Part shown: in pieces, positions 38,105 through 51,323 of the stretch
Position numbering within the stretch: position 1 is the first letter of the stretch
How the letters are laid out: each line of letters starts with the position of its first letter
NCBI GenBank assembly: GCA_013239625.1
Contig: MU053379.1
Span: 2,524,866-2,588,865, forward strand
DNA: 64,000 bases
Source: Lama guanicoe
Taxonomy: Eukaryota
Direction of reading: 5' to 3'
The notes under the pieces: model-generated
Told to the model about the DNA's origin: nothing
The model's database searches: none
The model's input: the letters and a program-made list of their open reading frames with translations, nothing else
Program-made: the position numbers and the translations under genes

Positions 38105-38379
38105 ATACTAAAAATGAACAAACAAAAAATCCAAATAAATAAATCCCCCCCCCAAATCTCCCTCAAGCTATGGCTAATCTTGAGAGTGTTCACTGGTCAG
38201 CTATGCAGCAGACTTTAAAAAGTTTACAGATGGTGAAGGGAAGCGGGTGCAAGATAATCTTATGTCCAAAAAATAAACACAATGTGAACTGAAGTCTGAG
38301 TAAAATTGCCTGAGCAAATGCCACCGTGAGCCCAGTCACAGAAGTGACTCTGACACAGTTTTGCATCTCCTTTCTCTGT

Positions 38380-39000
38380 TTTTGAAAACGTGAAGACAAT
38401 CTTCACTTTACAGAAAGGTTACAGGCACTTTGTCCCTTCCTGAACCATTTGTGAATAAGGTGCTGACAAGATGCCAGGTCACCTGTGAAAACTTCCATGT
38501 GTGTTTCCCCAGAGGGACGCTCTCCTTTACAACCTCAGACATTCCTCAGTATCAAGCAATTAGCTTGAAAATGTTCCTGCCATCCAATCTGCAGTCCCAG
38601 ACCCATTCAGGTTTCTCCATTTGTCCCAATAATGTCCGTCGTAGCAAAAGTGTCCAGTCCAGAGTGACAAAGTGCATTCAGTGGCCATATTATCTTTCCT
38701 TTTGGACCAGTTCCTCGGTCTTCCCTCAACTCCGATGACCCGAACACTCCTGAAGACGACAGGCTGCTGGTCTGTAGAGTGTGCTTGTGTGTGCTGGATG
38801 TCTTCTCATGACGACTTTCACGGTAGGCACGTCTGGCAGGACCGTCCGGGAGGGGCAGGGTTCTGCTGTTGCACGTCTTCAGTCTGTCCCACTGCTGATC
38901 ATGTGTGTCACTCGGATCCCTTGACGAAAGTGACTCTTGTAGGTGCAAAGTGAAAATGATCTGAGCTTACTCCGGCCTGTGCAGAGATCTGTGTAAAAAC
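38380..39000 (-). mobile_element. Old L1 3' region (L1MC4/5-like)
   Basis: tttacagaaaggttaca, ccatccaatctgcagtcccagacccattcag...tgtcccaataatgtcc. Confidence 0.55.
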
Positions 39001-39651
39001 TCCTTTATTACTCACCTCTCTCGGCTCCACCTTGACTCTCACTTGGAATCAGCTACTTCAGGTGGGTGATCCTATTCAAAGCCCCCCCGGGAGATTCAGC
39101 CTGGCTCCCCAGCTTCCCGCACAGGTACTTGCTGCTGCTGCTGCTGCCTCCGTGGTTTAGTGATGCTCTTGGTTTCTCAGTGAGTCAGCTGAGCCTGATC
39201 CAGCTGCAGCCTCTGGTTTTCGCTACACAGTTCATTTCAAGGAAGTGGTTCCAGAGTCTCTTTGCGACCAAAACTAACTTCAGCTCTACTGCAGCCTCTA
39301 AGTAGGAGGCCTGCAAACTGCAAGGATCCAGCTTCCAAGGGCCCAGAGTGGGGCTCTGCCCACAACTTCTGCTCTCGTATCTCTGGTTACATCTTTCTTC
39401 TCCCTAAACTTGTCTTTACCTTTTACCCTCTTTAAAAACAATTAGATTCTTTTGTTTGGCCCTTTTAAACAGCTAGCTCTTAGACTTGTCAAGTCTGTGG
39501 GTTTCTTTCTTTCTGAACTTATTGATATCTGCTTTCATTCCTGTGATCTCCATTCCCTTAATTTTTTTTTTTTTGGCTTGGCTTTGTTTTTCCTCTTCTA
39601 GTTGCTTGATTAATTTATTTTCTTTTTTTTCTTGTTTGATGTAAAAGCATT

Positions 39652-41965
39652 TGTTGGGAAGAAAAACTTTTCCTCTACCAACTCTGGTCCTAGTGGTCAG
39701 GGACTTGCAGAGTAACTGACAAGAGACAGATTAGCAGGAGCAAAGTTAATTACACAGGCAGGCGCGCCCTGTAGTGGGAGCAACCCACTGACAGTCGGGA
39801 GTAAAGGCGTATATACCAACGTGACCAGGGAGGAGTCTTGTTAGGGCTTCAGTGAAAAATATGGATTTTTTTAATGCTGATGGGATTGTGCCATGAAACC
39901 ATTGAACTTGCCTTGGGTAAATTCATCCTGGAAATGTGTACTATATGGTTGAGGTCATTAACGGTGACCATATCCACTTTCCCAGAGTTAAAAGGAGCTC
40001 TGGTGACCAGGTGCCCAATGTGGCCAAATCTGTTTTCTCTCACCTTCACCACCGTCTCAGCAACCCACTGGCACTGCAGAAGAAAATGCAGCTGTCTGTC
40101 AACTGGGGAGGAACAGAAAGCCTGCTTTGCTGGAATTTTATGAGGAAGCTTAAATTGGACTCTTAAAAGCTTCTCAAGGCTAGAACGCCAAGCCAAGAAC
40201 TCACCACCAGATTTCACTTGAAGTACCTACAGATTTGGGTGAATTTCTCTCTTCACAAGATCCCTCCGATATCCTCCTTTACTCACTTGTAATGTGGGGA
40301 GACCTGTAAGCCAGGCATCAGATACCCAGGAGAGGTTTGTAAGCATTAGCTCCATAAAATCAGCCCACTTCCTTAAACCTGCCTTGTCATATGAGATTCT
40401 ATGCACATCATTCTCAAATATGACATTTTAATCAAAGCCTTGGTCATATAACCAATGTTTCCAGTTATGTCCTGTTACACGGTGAACAGATTCTTATCAA
40501 ACCTATGAAAACAATTATATAAATGTCATGAAAATGAGAATACTCAGTGAGAGTTTCAGAATTCTGGAGGCATCAGGCAGGGAGAAAAATATAAATATTT
40601 TATTTCTGTTTACAAAAGTATAATTTACTAAGTTGTCATTAGTTTAAAATAGCTTAAGAGAAAAAAAGAAAGCGGTTCCTTAAATCCAGGAGCAAAATTT
40701 TAAACAAAAGACGTAATTATCCTTCATCAGTTCATTTAGTACCATGTAATTCATTCTTGTTCTGCTCGGTTTTGAGTCTAGTTTCATGGACCCATCGGCT
40801 CCGTGAGAGTTTGTGAATCCTTACTTAGTGCAGCGATAAGATCACAGGGTCGTTTAAACAGCGCCGCCAGTGCTGGCACTCCAGAGTGCCTGGCATGGTC
40901 CCTTCTCCACAGGTCTCTGAGACAGTTTGTTTTGTAAAAAAGAATGAAATAATGCCACTTGCAGCAACATGGATGGACCTAGAGATGATCATACTAAGTG
41001 AAGTCAGACAGAGAAAGACAAATATTATATATCACTTATATGTGGAATCTAAAAAAAGATACAAATTTTATTTACAAACCAGAAATAGATGGACATAGAA
41101 AACAAACTACAGTTACCAAAGGGGAAAGGGAGGGGGAGGGATAAATTAGGAGTTTGGGATTTGCAGACACACACTACTGTATATGAATAGGTAAACGACA
41201 AGGGCGTACTGTGTAGCACAGGGAACTATATTAAATTCCTTGTAGTAAGTTATAACGGAAAAGAATCTGATAATATAAATATATATGTTAAAAAAAGAAT
41301 AGATTAATAATCCAAGAAAACCTTGTTGTTTTAACAGAGGGAAGGCCAAACCCTAGCTTTACGTTCAAACATTGTTACTGAAGCTCACTTAAAAAAGAAA
41401 GCGTATAAATAAACCCATCCAATCTCAGCCAGCTTTGACCAGCCACTCAATGTGAAATTTCTTTCCGTAAACCTTCTACACCTTTCCGTATCATTCAGAT
41501 TTTATCTGCTCCTTCCCTTTCTCATTCTGGAACAGCCAGTCGATCTCTTTCTTTTCCACCTTAACAGGAACACATCCTGCACTCTCCGCCTGTCATTCAT
41601 ACAAAGTCATTTCCCTTCTAGTGATTTCATTTATATATGTTGATTATAATCTTTATCAATTATGACCTTCATTTTACAGAGAAACTGAGGAAGTGGGCAA
41701 TTGTGGATTGTCTGTCATATACCACCATTTTCTAGCAGACCAGCAAATTTTACGAATTTCATAATTTTTAGAGATATATGCTTGTTTACAGCAGAATTTT
41801 TTGATGTGGCAAATCCAAATATCTTCACTGACAGATCCAAAAACTTTAGTCTCTCTGTAAAAATAAGAAGTCAAAAGTATAGAAACTTAAACTTCATAAT
41901 GAATGTTTTAATATTTTATCTTCTTTAGAAATGATTTAGATGTTTGCTGAATATTTATTACTTAG
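39652..41965 (-). mobile_element. ERV1 (MER4-group-like) LTR plus non-coding internal remnant, interrupted by an L1 3' end
   Basis: tgttgggaagaaaaacttttcctctacc start; internal motifs acctacagatttgggtgaatt, catcattctcaaatatgacatt, atccaatctcagccagctttgacc. Confidence 0.6.
40936..41296 (+). mobile_element. 5'-truncated cetartiodactyl L1 3' end
   Basis: aaaaagaatgaaataatgccacttgcagcaacatggatggacctagagatgatcatactaagtgaagt...ggagtttgggatttgcag. Confidence 0.88.
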
Positions 41966-42029
41966 CATAACTTGGGCATAGACAGTCTTGGTACAGGGTA
42001 CTAAAGAATGGCTCCTTTGCTCAGCTTCG

Positions 42030-45000
42030 CCACCTCATACTGGTTTGCCTTTCATGTTTAGATCTACCATCCACATGGAGTTGATTTTCACGTGTGCTGT
42101 GTTAGAGGAATCATTCCATTAAAAAAATATACGGACATCCAATTGCCCATGCACCATGCATTGGAAAGGTCATCCTTTCCCCCACTGTAGGCCACCTTTG
42201 CATAAATCAATTGTCCATACTGTATTTGTGGGTTGATTTGGGGGTTTTTCATTCTATTTGTCATTTTCATCCTGCCTTAATCACCATAGCTTTATGTTAA
42301 ATCTTGATATCTCCTAGAGCAAGTCTCTCTACCTTATTCTTAAAAATGGGCTTTTTAATTCTTAGTTATCTGATTTCCCAAATAAACTTGGAGAGTTAAC
42401 TCAAAATAATAATAACTTTCGAGATCTTGAGTGAAATTGCTTTGAATCTATACGTCATTTTGGAGGGAACTGACGTCTTTACGATACATTAAGACTTTTA
42501 ATCTATGAATGTGGTATATTCCTCAATTTATTTATGTCATTTTAAATTTCGTTTCACAATGTTCTATAGTTTTTGCATAGAGGCTTTTCACATCTGTTGT
42601 TAGATTTGCTCCTAGGTATTTGATATTTTCACACTTTTGGACATTATATATTTTAACAAATCTTTGTTTTCAAATTGTTGCTGTTACGCGGAAATGCAAT
42701 TGGTGTTTGGATATTGACTGTATAGCCAACAATCTTGCTACACTGATTTATTAATTCTATGAATTCATTTGTAGATTCTTCTGAATTTTCTTTGCTTAAT
42801 ATAAGTTTTTATTTTTTACTTTCAAAGTCTTATTCTTTTATTTCTTTTCTATGCACCGGCCAATACCTCAAGTAGAAGCAGTGTTAGCAGGCATCCTTGT
42901 GTTTTTTTCTCAATATTAAATGGAAAGCTCTCAATATATCACCATTACAGATGGCTTTGTGAATCCTCATTAGCAGAATAAGGAAGTTTCTGTATTTCCA
43001 GCTTGCCAAGAGATTTATCAGAAATAGTTGTGCTTTTGTAAAATTGAATTTTATGAAATGCTTTTTTCCTGTACTTACTGAGATGATTGTATTCTTCTCC
43101 ATTATTCTGTTAATGGGGTGAATTATATTGATTGATTTTTGTATGTTAAGTATTTTGTTAATAATAGAGATGTATTATTCTTTTTATGCAATCCTGGATT
43201 TTTTTTTTTTCCCGCTAGCGTTTTGTTGAGGATCTTTGCAGCTATGTTCATGAGTGAGACTGGACTTTAATTTTCACTTCTGGAAATGTCCTTGCCAAGC
43301 TCTGGAAATGAGGTTTTGCAGCCTCATAAAAAAATCTGAGGAGTATTCTGTCTTCTATTTTTGGAAGCTTATGCAAGGTTAGAAATAATTATTCTTGAAG
43401 TATTTTGTAGAATTTGCCAGTGAAGCCATCTGAACCCAGTGCACTTTGAGGGGGAAATTTTTAATTGCAGTTTCAGTTTTTGAATTGTTATGTAACTGTT
43501 TTCCTTTGACCTGTTTGGTAGTTTGTACATTTCCTTTACATTTAAAATGTATCAGGATAAAGCTGACACCGTGTTTCCTTTGCTTTGACTGTACCGGGAG
43601 CATCCACGCGCTGCGCGGTGACGGCGCTGTCTCGCGGTTCCTGACGCTGACTGTTCGGGTTCTCTTTCTCAGTGTTGCCAGAGGGACACCAGTTTCATTA
43701 GCCTTCCCAGAGGACCGACTTTCGGTTGCGTGATCCTCCCTATTTTATGTTTATTACCTATTTTATTTCTACTCTTTTCTTTATTATTTCCTCCTTTTCG
43801 TTTTTGGGCTTAATTTGATGTTTGTTTTCCTATATCTTTAAGTGGATTTTTAAACCCATTGATTTTCAGTTTTTCTTCTTTTCTAATATGAGTGTTTAAA
43901 TCATAAGTAATCCTCTATGCTTGGATTTAGCTGCAACTTGCAAAGTTTGTTTTGAAATGTTTTCATTGTCAATATTTTTGAAATTTCATTTTACTTATTA
44001 CCCTTTGACCCATAAGTTATTTAAAAGGATATTTATTTCCAAACATATAGGGATAACCTAGTTATATATTTTTTAATTTTATTATTTTTTATTTATAAAT
44101 ATTATTTTACTTACTTTGGGAATCATAATCTATGTACTAAATATAGACGTTTACACAGTAAACAGGCTTTCCTCCCACCCAGTTCTCTTCCCAGAGGTAC
44201 GCATTAATTGTCAGTTTCTTGTCTGTCACTCCAGAGTGATCTACCCATAGGCAAGCACTCATGTCTGTATGTTCTTTTTAGAAACACAGATAATAGTATT
44301 TTATACACACCATTCTGCATCTTGCTCTTTTCCACTTAATGTGTATCTTTGCATTCTTTTCAGGTCAGAACATGTAAAGCTGCCTCAGTCTTTGTTTTAT
44401 TTTGCTTCTAAAACGAGGAGAGGAATGGTTTTCTAAACAACATTTCCACCTCTGTTGTCAGTGACTCCCTTTCCATCATTAAAAACAAAAGCGAAAATGG
44501 ACCCCCTGCAGCCAGCGTGCACATGCGAGGAAGCAGACCTTCTCTTCCTGGAGCTTCTCCTCAGTCCTTTCGAGGCCATTTCATGGGACTTGAAGGGGGC
44601 GACGCTGCTGGCTTCACACGGGTCCAAGAGGTTGCAGCTGTCGTCCCACACGACCAGCTCCGACCCCAGCTCTCTTCCTGTTGTGGTTCCGTCTCTGTTT
44701 CCAGGTGAAGCAGATCTTTCTTGCCAGGCTCGTCTCTTTTCTTGATGGCTGTTCAGCAGTCGGTTGTGGTTTTGTTGTGGTTGCAAGGAGAGGTGAGTTC
44801 GTGGTCTTACTACTCTGCCATCTAGACCAGAAATCTAAAATTTTATTTTATTATGGTAAGAACACTTAACGTGAGAATTGCTTTCCTAAATTTTTTTTTA
44901 ATTGAAGTATAGTCAGTTTACAATACTGTGTCAATATCTGGTGTACAGCATCACATTTCAGTCATACACATACACACATATATTCCTTTTCATATTCTTT

Positions 45001-46250
45001 TTCATTATAGGCTGCGCTTTCTTAAATCTTTCAGTGTTCACTGGAGTTTGTTAACTACTGGAAGAGCGCTGTACAGCAGATCTCTGGGACTTATTCCTCT
45101 TGTGTTACTGAAACTTTTGATGCCTTATAAAGGTTTATACCTTTTGAGTAGGATGTCCCCATTCTCTCCATGTAACCCTGGGCAACTACCATTTTACTCT
45201 CTGCTTCTGTGAGTTTGAATAGTTTAGATACAACATATAAGTGAAATCATGTATTATTTGTCCTTCTGTGAATGGTTTATTTCCCTTGGCATGATATGTT
45301 CAAGGTTTATGCTTATTGTCACATATTGCTGGACTTCCTTCTTTTTAAGGTTGAGTAATATTCCATTGTTTGCATATTCCACATTTGCTCTCTCCATTTG
45401 GGTGTTTGAGGTATCTTTTTATCAGTAGGTTTTAGCTTAATTGCACTGAAGCTGGAGCTCCTACCCTGAGTGATTTTAATCCTTTAAATGTTGTTGAATA
45501 TGTGGTCAATTTTGGTAAATATTCCTTGAGTCCATGAAAAGAGCTTATATCCAGTAGTTGTTAGGTACAGTGTTCTAGGTGAATCAGTCACATTAGATAA
45601 TATTGTCAGAATCTTATTGACCTCATCAATCGATCAATTTATGAGAGGTGTGTTAAAATCTCCTGCTTTAAAAAAAAAATCTGCTTTGACTGTGGCTGTC
45701 CCAATTTCTTCTCATAGGTTTTCATTTTTTCATTGTGTATTTTCAGTCTGTGTTTTCAGGTGCGTAAGTTTTGTCATTATGTCTTCCTTGAACTTAAAAA
45801 AAATCAGTTATGAAGTGTCCTTCTCTATCTCTAGTGACCTTTTCCTGCCTGAAAGTTTACCTTTCCTGATTTTAATGTGTCCACATCTGCTTTCTTTGGT
45901 TCATATTTACACACACATCGTTTTCCGCCCTTTTACCTTCATCCTTCCTACTTCCTTACATGTTAGATGTGTCTCTTGTAAACAGCGAAGAGTTTGGCTG
46001 TTGCCTTTATCTACTGTGACAACTGTTGTCTTTTAATTACAGTATTTAGTTCATTTACATTTAATGTTCTCATGGGTTTATATCTACCATCTAACTTTAC
46101 AGATGTCCCCTACATTTCTATGTTTTATTCCTGGTATTTTTCATTTGTATCTTTTTCTTTCTTGATCCCACCAGTGTCTTGATCCCACAATTTCATTAGT
46201 GTTTTTTCAGAGAACCAGCTTCAGGATTTGGTTGATTCTGTTACATTTTG
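42030..46250 (-). mobile_element. Highly decayed old L1 (ORF2) with nested younger L1 pieces (5' UTR fragment about 44680-44830, 3' end about 44840-45400, short tip 44892-45012 with TSD gctttc(c/t)taaat)
   Basis: T-rich antisense L1 motifs (ggcatccttgt, gtagaatttgccagtgaagccatctg, gagaggtgtgttaaaatctcc). The minus strand at about 44822 reads agatggcagagtagtaagac...caaccgactgctgaacagccatc, as in artiodactyl L1 5' ends. Confidence 0.7.
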
Positions 46251-46257
46251 TGACTGC

Positions 46258-46700
46258 ATCGATAATCCGTTGCCTCGATAATGCTGCTAACAAACACCTG
46301 CCAAACCGCAGTGGCATCCCGCAGTGAGCACGTTCTGCTGCTGCAGCTGATCAGCTCGGCAGCTCTGCTGGTCTTGGCCGGTCTTCTCCCGTGTCTTCGG
46401 GTTGGCTGCCTGTTGGCGGATCGGGGCTAGCCTTGGCTCTGCTGCATGTGCCTCTCATCCTGCAGCAGGCTAGACGGACATGTCCTCAAGGGGATGGCAA
46501 CCGTGCAAGAGACCCAGTGGAAATACACAAGGCCCCTTGCGGTCTAGGCCTCGGACTAACATACGTCACTCAACACATGCCACGTAACACGAAGCAGGTC
46601 CCAGGCTGAGCCTAGGAGCAGAGTGAGGGGACCCTACATGGAAAAGGGCCTAAAAGGGGAGAGGGTGAAAAATCAGCATTATGATTACAACTCATGTTCA
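46258..46700. mobile_element. Old ERVL-MaLR LTR (MLT1H-J-like)
   Basis: ataatgctgctaacaaacacc...ctcatcctgcagcaggctag...gaaatacacaaggcccctt. Confidence 0.55.
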
Positions 46701-47149
46701 CAAAACAGAATAAAGCTGGTGGTTTTGCCATGGCCTTCTTTCTCTCGTCCTAAGGAGACACAAACTCCAGGTTAACCTGCTGGAAGCTGAAACCTCTAGT
46801 CTCATCTCAAGACAGTGGCCTGGAGATCACCAGTGCTTTGAGCTCAGGTTCAACATACTGCATGCTTTGGGGTCAACACTGCAGTTCGGCTGGGAGGAGT
46901 TTCCTTGAAAACTATGAAGACGCTCTCTGTCTTCCTTTCATGCGCGGCCTGCCGAGTGTTTTCCTGTGTATCTGTGTGGACTTTGTTATCAGCCCCTTGC
47001 TGTTCAGTTAGCCAATGCTGAGCCCACACACTGGCCGTCAGGACCCTGCTCTAGTATGTGACAAGCCTTGAATGGTCCAATGGCAGGATAAACATGCAGG
47101 ACAAATGAAGTTACAATCAGAAAATTGTTTTGAAGGATAGAAAATTGTG

Positions 47150-47860
47150 GTGGGACCACAGCAGAGTTACACACAAGTCATCTTGGGAGCATCCATACAG
47201 GCTTCATAGCTTTTGGGTTAAAACTTTAAAAACAAATTGGAGCTTTCTAGGTGAATGAGCAGAAAGATTTTCCTGGCAGTGGGAAGGAAACATGCTTGTG
47301 CACAGTCGGGAGGCGTTAGAGCCCGGGCTTGCTGGGGAGAGCACAGGTCAGTGATGCTGGGGCAGGAAGTGAGGGTGTGGCAGGAGACGCGAAGGGGGAC
47401 GGGAGGTGGAGGAGCGGCGACGAGGGCTTGGTGCCTCGCAGGAGAGCGCAGGGCCTGCTTAACGACAGCCTGTCTGCTGGGGAATTGCTGGGACTCTTTA
47501 GCTAGACAGGGTACATGGTCAACCTCCAGTTCCTGGGAAGGCTTTCCAAGAGCCACTGGCGTGCGCAGGGAAGAGACGAGGAGGAGCTGAACTAGAATGG
47601 TGTTTATGGATGAACCTGGGGGAGTCTGGAGAATTAATGGAACTTGATGTTTTACTGCGTATGGGGAAGGAGGGTTGTGGGCAAGGGAAGCATCAAGGGT
47701 GGCTTCAGGAACTGGGTTGCTGATGGACCTGTTTTGTGAGATGGGACTAGTAAGAGCGAGTGACTTGTTTGATGGGGGTGTTGGGATTTTTGATTGGGAC
47801 AGGCTGAGTATGAGCTTCTTAGGAAGCACTCGGGTGGATACACGGCACTCGGCCAGCAGC
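47150..47860 (-). mobile_element. L2 LINE relic
   Basis: Purine-rich; gcatcaagggtggcttcagg, tttgattgggacaggctgagtatgag. Confidence 0.5.
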
Positions 47861-47866
47861 AGGTGC

Positions 47867-48332
47867 CTACGGAGGTTAGGCCGAAACAGGGCCTCCCCAA
47901 AGGTCTCCCCATCCTAATCCCCGGGATGTGTACGTGTTACCTTAGATCTGGAAAAAGTGTGGTTCAGGATCTTGAGATTATCCTGGTTTATCTCAGGGTC
48001 CCTAAATGCCATTTCAAGTGTCCTGATGAGGGAGGCAGAGGGAGGTGACCCAAACAGAAGAGGGGGAGGCCGTGTGAGCACAGAGGCAGAGATCAGAGTG
48101 ACGGAGCCACGGGGCGGGAAGTGCCAGCACCACCGTAAACTGCAAGAGATGGCGGTGGACCCTCCCCGAGAGCCTCCGGAGGGGCCGGGGCCCTGCCCGC
48201 CCCTTGATTGACTTCTGCCCAGAGATACTGATTTTGGACTGCTGGCTCCCAGGACTCGGGGAGAATACATTTCTGTTGTTTTAAGCCACCCAGTGAGCGG
48301 TCATTTGTTATAGCCGCCCTGGGAAACTAACA
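47867..48332 (+). mobile_element. MLT1D-like MaLR LTR
   Basis: cctaatccccgggatgtgtacgtgttacctta...gaggcagagatcagagtgacgg...ttctgttgttttaagccacc...tttgttatagccgccctgggaaactaaca. Confidence 0.85.
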
Positions 48333-48401
48333 CAGTTATGAAGAAGACCGAAGGGCCGGAGGAAAACCAAGGAAGGAAACGTGTCAAGAAGTCAGGACGT
48401 C

Positions 48402-48592
48402 AAACAGATAAACAGCAAGGTCCTGTACAGGACGGGGAACTGTATTCAGTATCTTGTAATAGCCTACAATGAAAAAGAAGATGAAAAGGAATATATATAT
48501 GTATTTATATATGTATAACTGAATCTCTGTGCTGTACACTAGAAACTAACACAACATTGTAAACTGACTGTACTTCAGTTACAAAAAAAAAA
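48402..48592 (+). mobile_element. Short L1 3' end with 16-bp TSD
   Basis: TSD aagaagtcaggacgtc (48386-48401) / aagaagtaaggacgtc (48593-48608), poly(A) tail. Confidence 0.88.
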
Positions 48593-49369
48593 AAGAAGTA
48601 AGGACGTCTTCATCCTCAGCAGAACTCCTTGAGAGAGCTGTGCATCCGCTCACTGTCCGTTCTCTCACTGTCTGGAGGCTACGTCTCACCCTTCAGATCG
48701 CAGCTTAAACGTCCAGAAGGACCTCTCGGACCCTCAGCCTGGAGCAGCTCCGTGGCCTTACGTTCCTCACGCCATCTCTCATAGCTCAGCATTTCCTCGT
48801 TCGCTTGCTGACTTGCCTCCGCAGTGCAAGGCAGGCTGGTCCGTTGCCGAGTCCCCTGCGTCTAGCGTGTTAATGTCTAACAGATGGTAGGTGTACGATA
48901 TGAATTCTTACATGAACAAATGAATGCATAAGTGAACACTCAGTGTGCTTTGTTCATTCCTCTGCTTTAGCACCTTTCACACTGCAAGATACTTGGGGTG
49001 TGAGTGTGTGCACGCATGTGTGTGTATGTGTGTGCGTGCACACACCCGCACACCCTGATCACTGTGAGCCTCTGAGAGTAAGGACTTCATCTGATTTGTT
49101 ACTTACGTTTGGGTACCTCACAGAGCACCTGCCACGCCTTGTTCTCCACTGAACTTCAACTGAATGAATGATTTAACTTGAACCCCTAATCTTTCCTCTT
49201 CTTAAATCTGAGTGACTTCAACTCATTTGTCAGTCTTTCTTTTCTGAAATCATCCATGATGTTAAAAGGCTAAACAAAAATGACCGTTTTGTACTATTCT
49301 GAAGATGGAAATTTCCTTTTTTATTAGACCTTTTTTGGAATCTTAATTGAATTAATAATACATGAAATT

Positions 49370-49515
49370 AGGGGGAGCGTGTAGCTCAGTGGTAGAGCGC
49401 GTGCATAGCATGCCCGAGGTCTAGGGTTCAGTCCCCTGTACTGCCGTTAAAAATAGATAAGGAAATAAACCTAGTAACCCCCCCACAAAAAAATAATTTT
49501 TTAAAAGAAAAAAAA
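49370..49515 (+). mobile_element. Vic-1-type SINE
   Basis: gggggagcgtgtagctcagtggtagagcgcgtgcatagcatgcccgaggtctagggttcagtcccc. Confidence 0.85.
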
Positions 49516-50311
49516 ATCAGTCAGAAAAAAATAATACACGAACCTAAAAATTAGGATAATGCAGCTGAAGTTGCCTTCGCTTTGATCAGTGTCCAAGCCT
49601 GCGTCTCCCTCTCACCCCCAGAAGTCTTTGTTGGTCTGTCCCCCTCCAGACCTCGTCTCATGCTTTTATATGAAGTCCACGTATTCATAGGAAAAACACT
49701 AGCATTTTGTGGCAGTGTTTTTACGTAAATGGTGTGTTTTGGGTATGTGGTGTTCTGAAATTTGCCTCTGCTCTCAGCTCTTTGAGATCTAATAATGTTG
49801 TCCAGGGCACTCCTATCTTCTGGGTTGGATTCCACTGCATAGAATGTGTCTCGTTCGTCCCCAGATGGACATTTAAGTTGTTTCTACTAGTTTTTTTTTA
49901 TTACAGGGGGGCTGCAGTAGCATCCTTGCACACGTCTCCCCGGGCCCCTTGCAACGCTTTCCACAGGCTCTATTCTCAGAATTGTTCTTGCTGGGTTTGG
50001 AACTACGTTGCCACCAAACATGGCCACACTAGTGGCCTTCCTCCAGAGACTTTCCTTCTTCTCCAGTACCTAATGTTGTCAGCATTTTCAACTTTTGCTA
50101 GTATGATAGGTGTGAAGGCGATAGCATTGTTTTAATTTCATTTCTCTGACTATTACTGAACACTTTTTGTGGTTTTTATTGGTCACTGACATTTCCTGTT
50201 CATTCATTTCCTTTGCCTGTTGGGTTTTTTCTCTTTCCCTAGAATTCAATTGTTGGTCTACTGTATGTGTTGGAAATATTTTCTCCACTTATTTAAAAAA
50301 AATTTTAAGGT

Positions 50312-50403
50312 GGGGAGGGTATAGCTCAGTGGTAGAGCGCATGCCCAGCATGCATGAGGTCCTGGGTTCAATCCCCAGCACCTCCATCAAAATTAATAAA
50401 TTA
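50312..50403 (+). mobile_element. Vic-1-type SINE with TSD aaaaaaattttaaggt
   Basis: Near-consensus ggggagggtatagctcagtggtagagcgcatgcccagcatgcatgaggtcctgggttcaatccccagcacctcca. Confidence 0.9.
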
Positions 50404-50435
50404 AAAAAATTTTTAAGGTACTTTTGACAGAGAAC

Positions 50436-50812
50436 TTTTTACATGTTTTTACTGAAGTATAGTTTATTTACAATGTTGAATTAGTTTCAGGTGTACAGCA
50501 AAATGATTCAGCTATACATACATACACACATATATTCTTTTTCAAATTTTTTCCATTATAGGTTATTACAGGATATTGAATATAGCTCCCTGTGCTCCAC
50601 AATAGGACCTTGTTGTTTATCTATTTTATATACAGTAGTGTGTATCTGCAAATCCTAAACTCCTAATTTATTCCTCCTTCCCCCTTTCCCCTTTGGTAAC
50701 CATAGTTTTGTTTTCTATGTTTCTATGAGTCTATTTCTGTTTTGTAGATAAGTTCATTTGTATCATTTTTTTCAATTCCACAGGTAAGTGATATAATATT
50801 TGTCTTTTTATG
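50436..50812 (-). mobile_element. Cetartiodactyl L1 3' end
   Basis: actgaagtatagtttatttacaatgttg...ccattataggttattacaggatattgaatatag...ccctttggtaacc. Confidence 0.88.
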
Positions 50813-50884
50813 TGACAATTTTAAATTTTGATGTGGTCAAGTATGTCAGTGTTTTTCTTTTCTGACTTCTATCTACATTTAAAA

Positions 50885-51011
50885 CTTTTTTAATTTATTT
50901 ATTTTTGGGGTAATTAGGTTTGTTTATTTATTTTAATGGAGGTACCGGGGACTGAACCCAGGACCTTGTGCATGCTAAGCACACGCTCTACCACTGAGTG
51001 ATACCCGCCCC
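50885..51011 (-). mobile_element. Vic-1-type SINE
   Basis: ggtaattaggtttg...atggaggtaccggggactgaacccaggaccttgtgcatgctaagcacacgctctaccactgag. Confidence 0.88.
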
Positions 51012-51323
51012 ACAGTTTTAAGGAAGGATTTCTCCACCTCCAAGATAACGGAGATATTCTCCTATTCTAGTCATTTAAAAGTATTTTTAAAAAACTTTGG
51101 GCTATTACTCTATCTGCAGGTGATTGTTGTGTATTGTGTGAAATAAGGGCCCAGATTAAATTTTTCCCATGTGGTTAATATTATTTATTGTATAGTTTAT
51201 TCTTCCTCCACCAATGCTACCCTTAACATATGTGAACATTTCATAATTATTTTCTTTTTTCTGCATTTCATTCTGTTCTGTTCCAACTCCCAATAACCTG
51301 CTGTTTTAATAACTATTTCCATT

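Noticed and set aside
39849..40217. Possible retroviral gag/pol/env coding remnant
   Set aside because: No recognisable retroviral protein motifs in the listed ORFs; treated as non-coding ERV internal sequence.
44433..44786. 117-aa minus-strand ORF as a possible retrogene
   Set aside because: Its 5' part resembles an artiodactyl L1 5' UTR, and I recognise no protein.
47218..47829. 203-aa minus-strand ORF
   Set aside because: Lies in a decayed L2 relic and is most likely a chance open frame.
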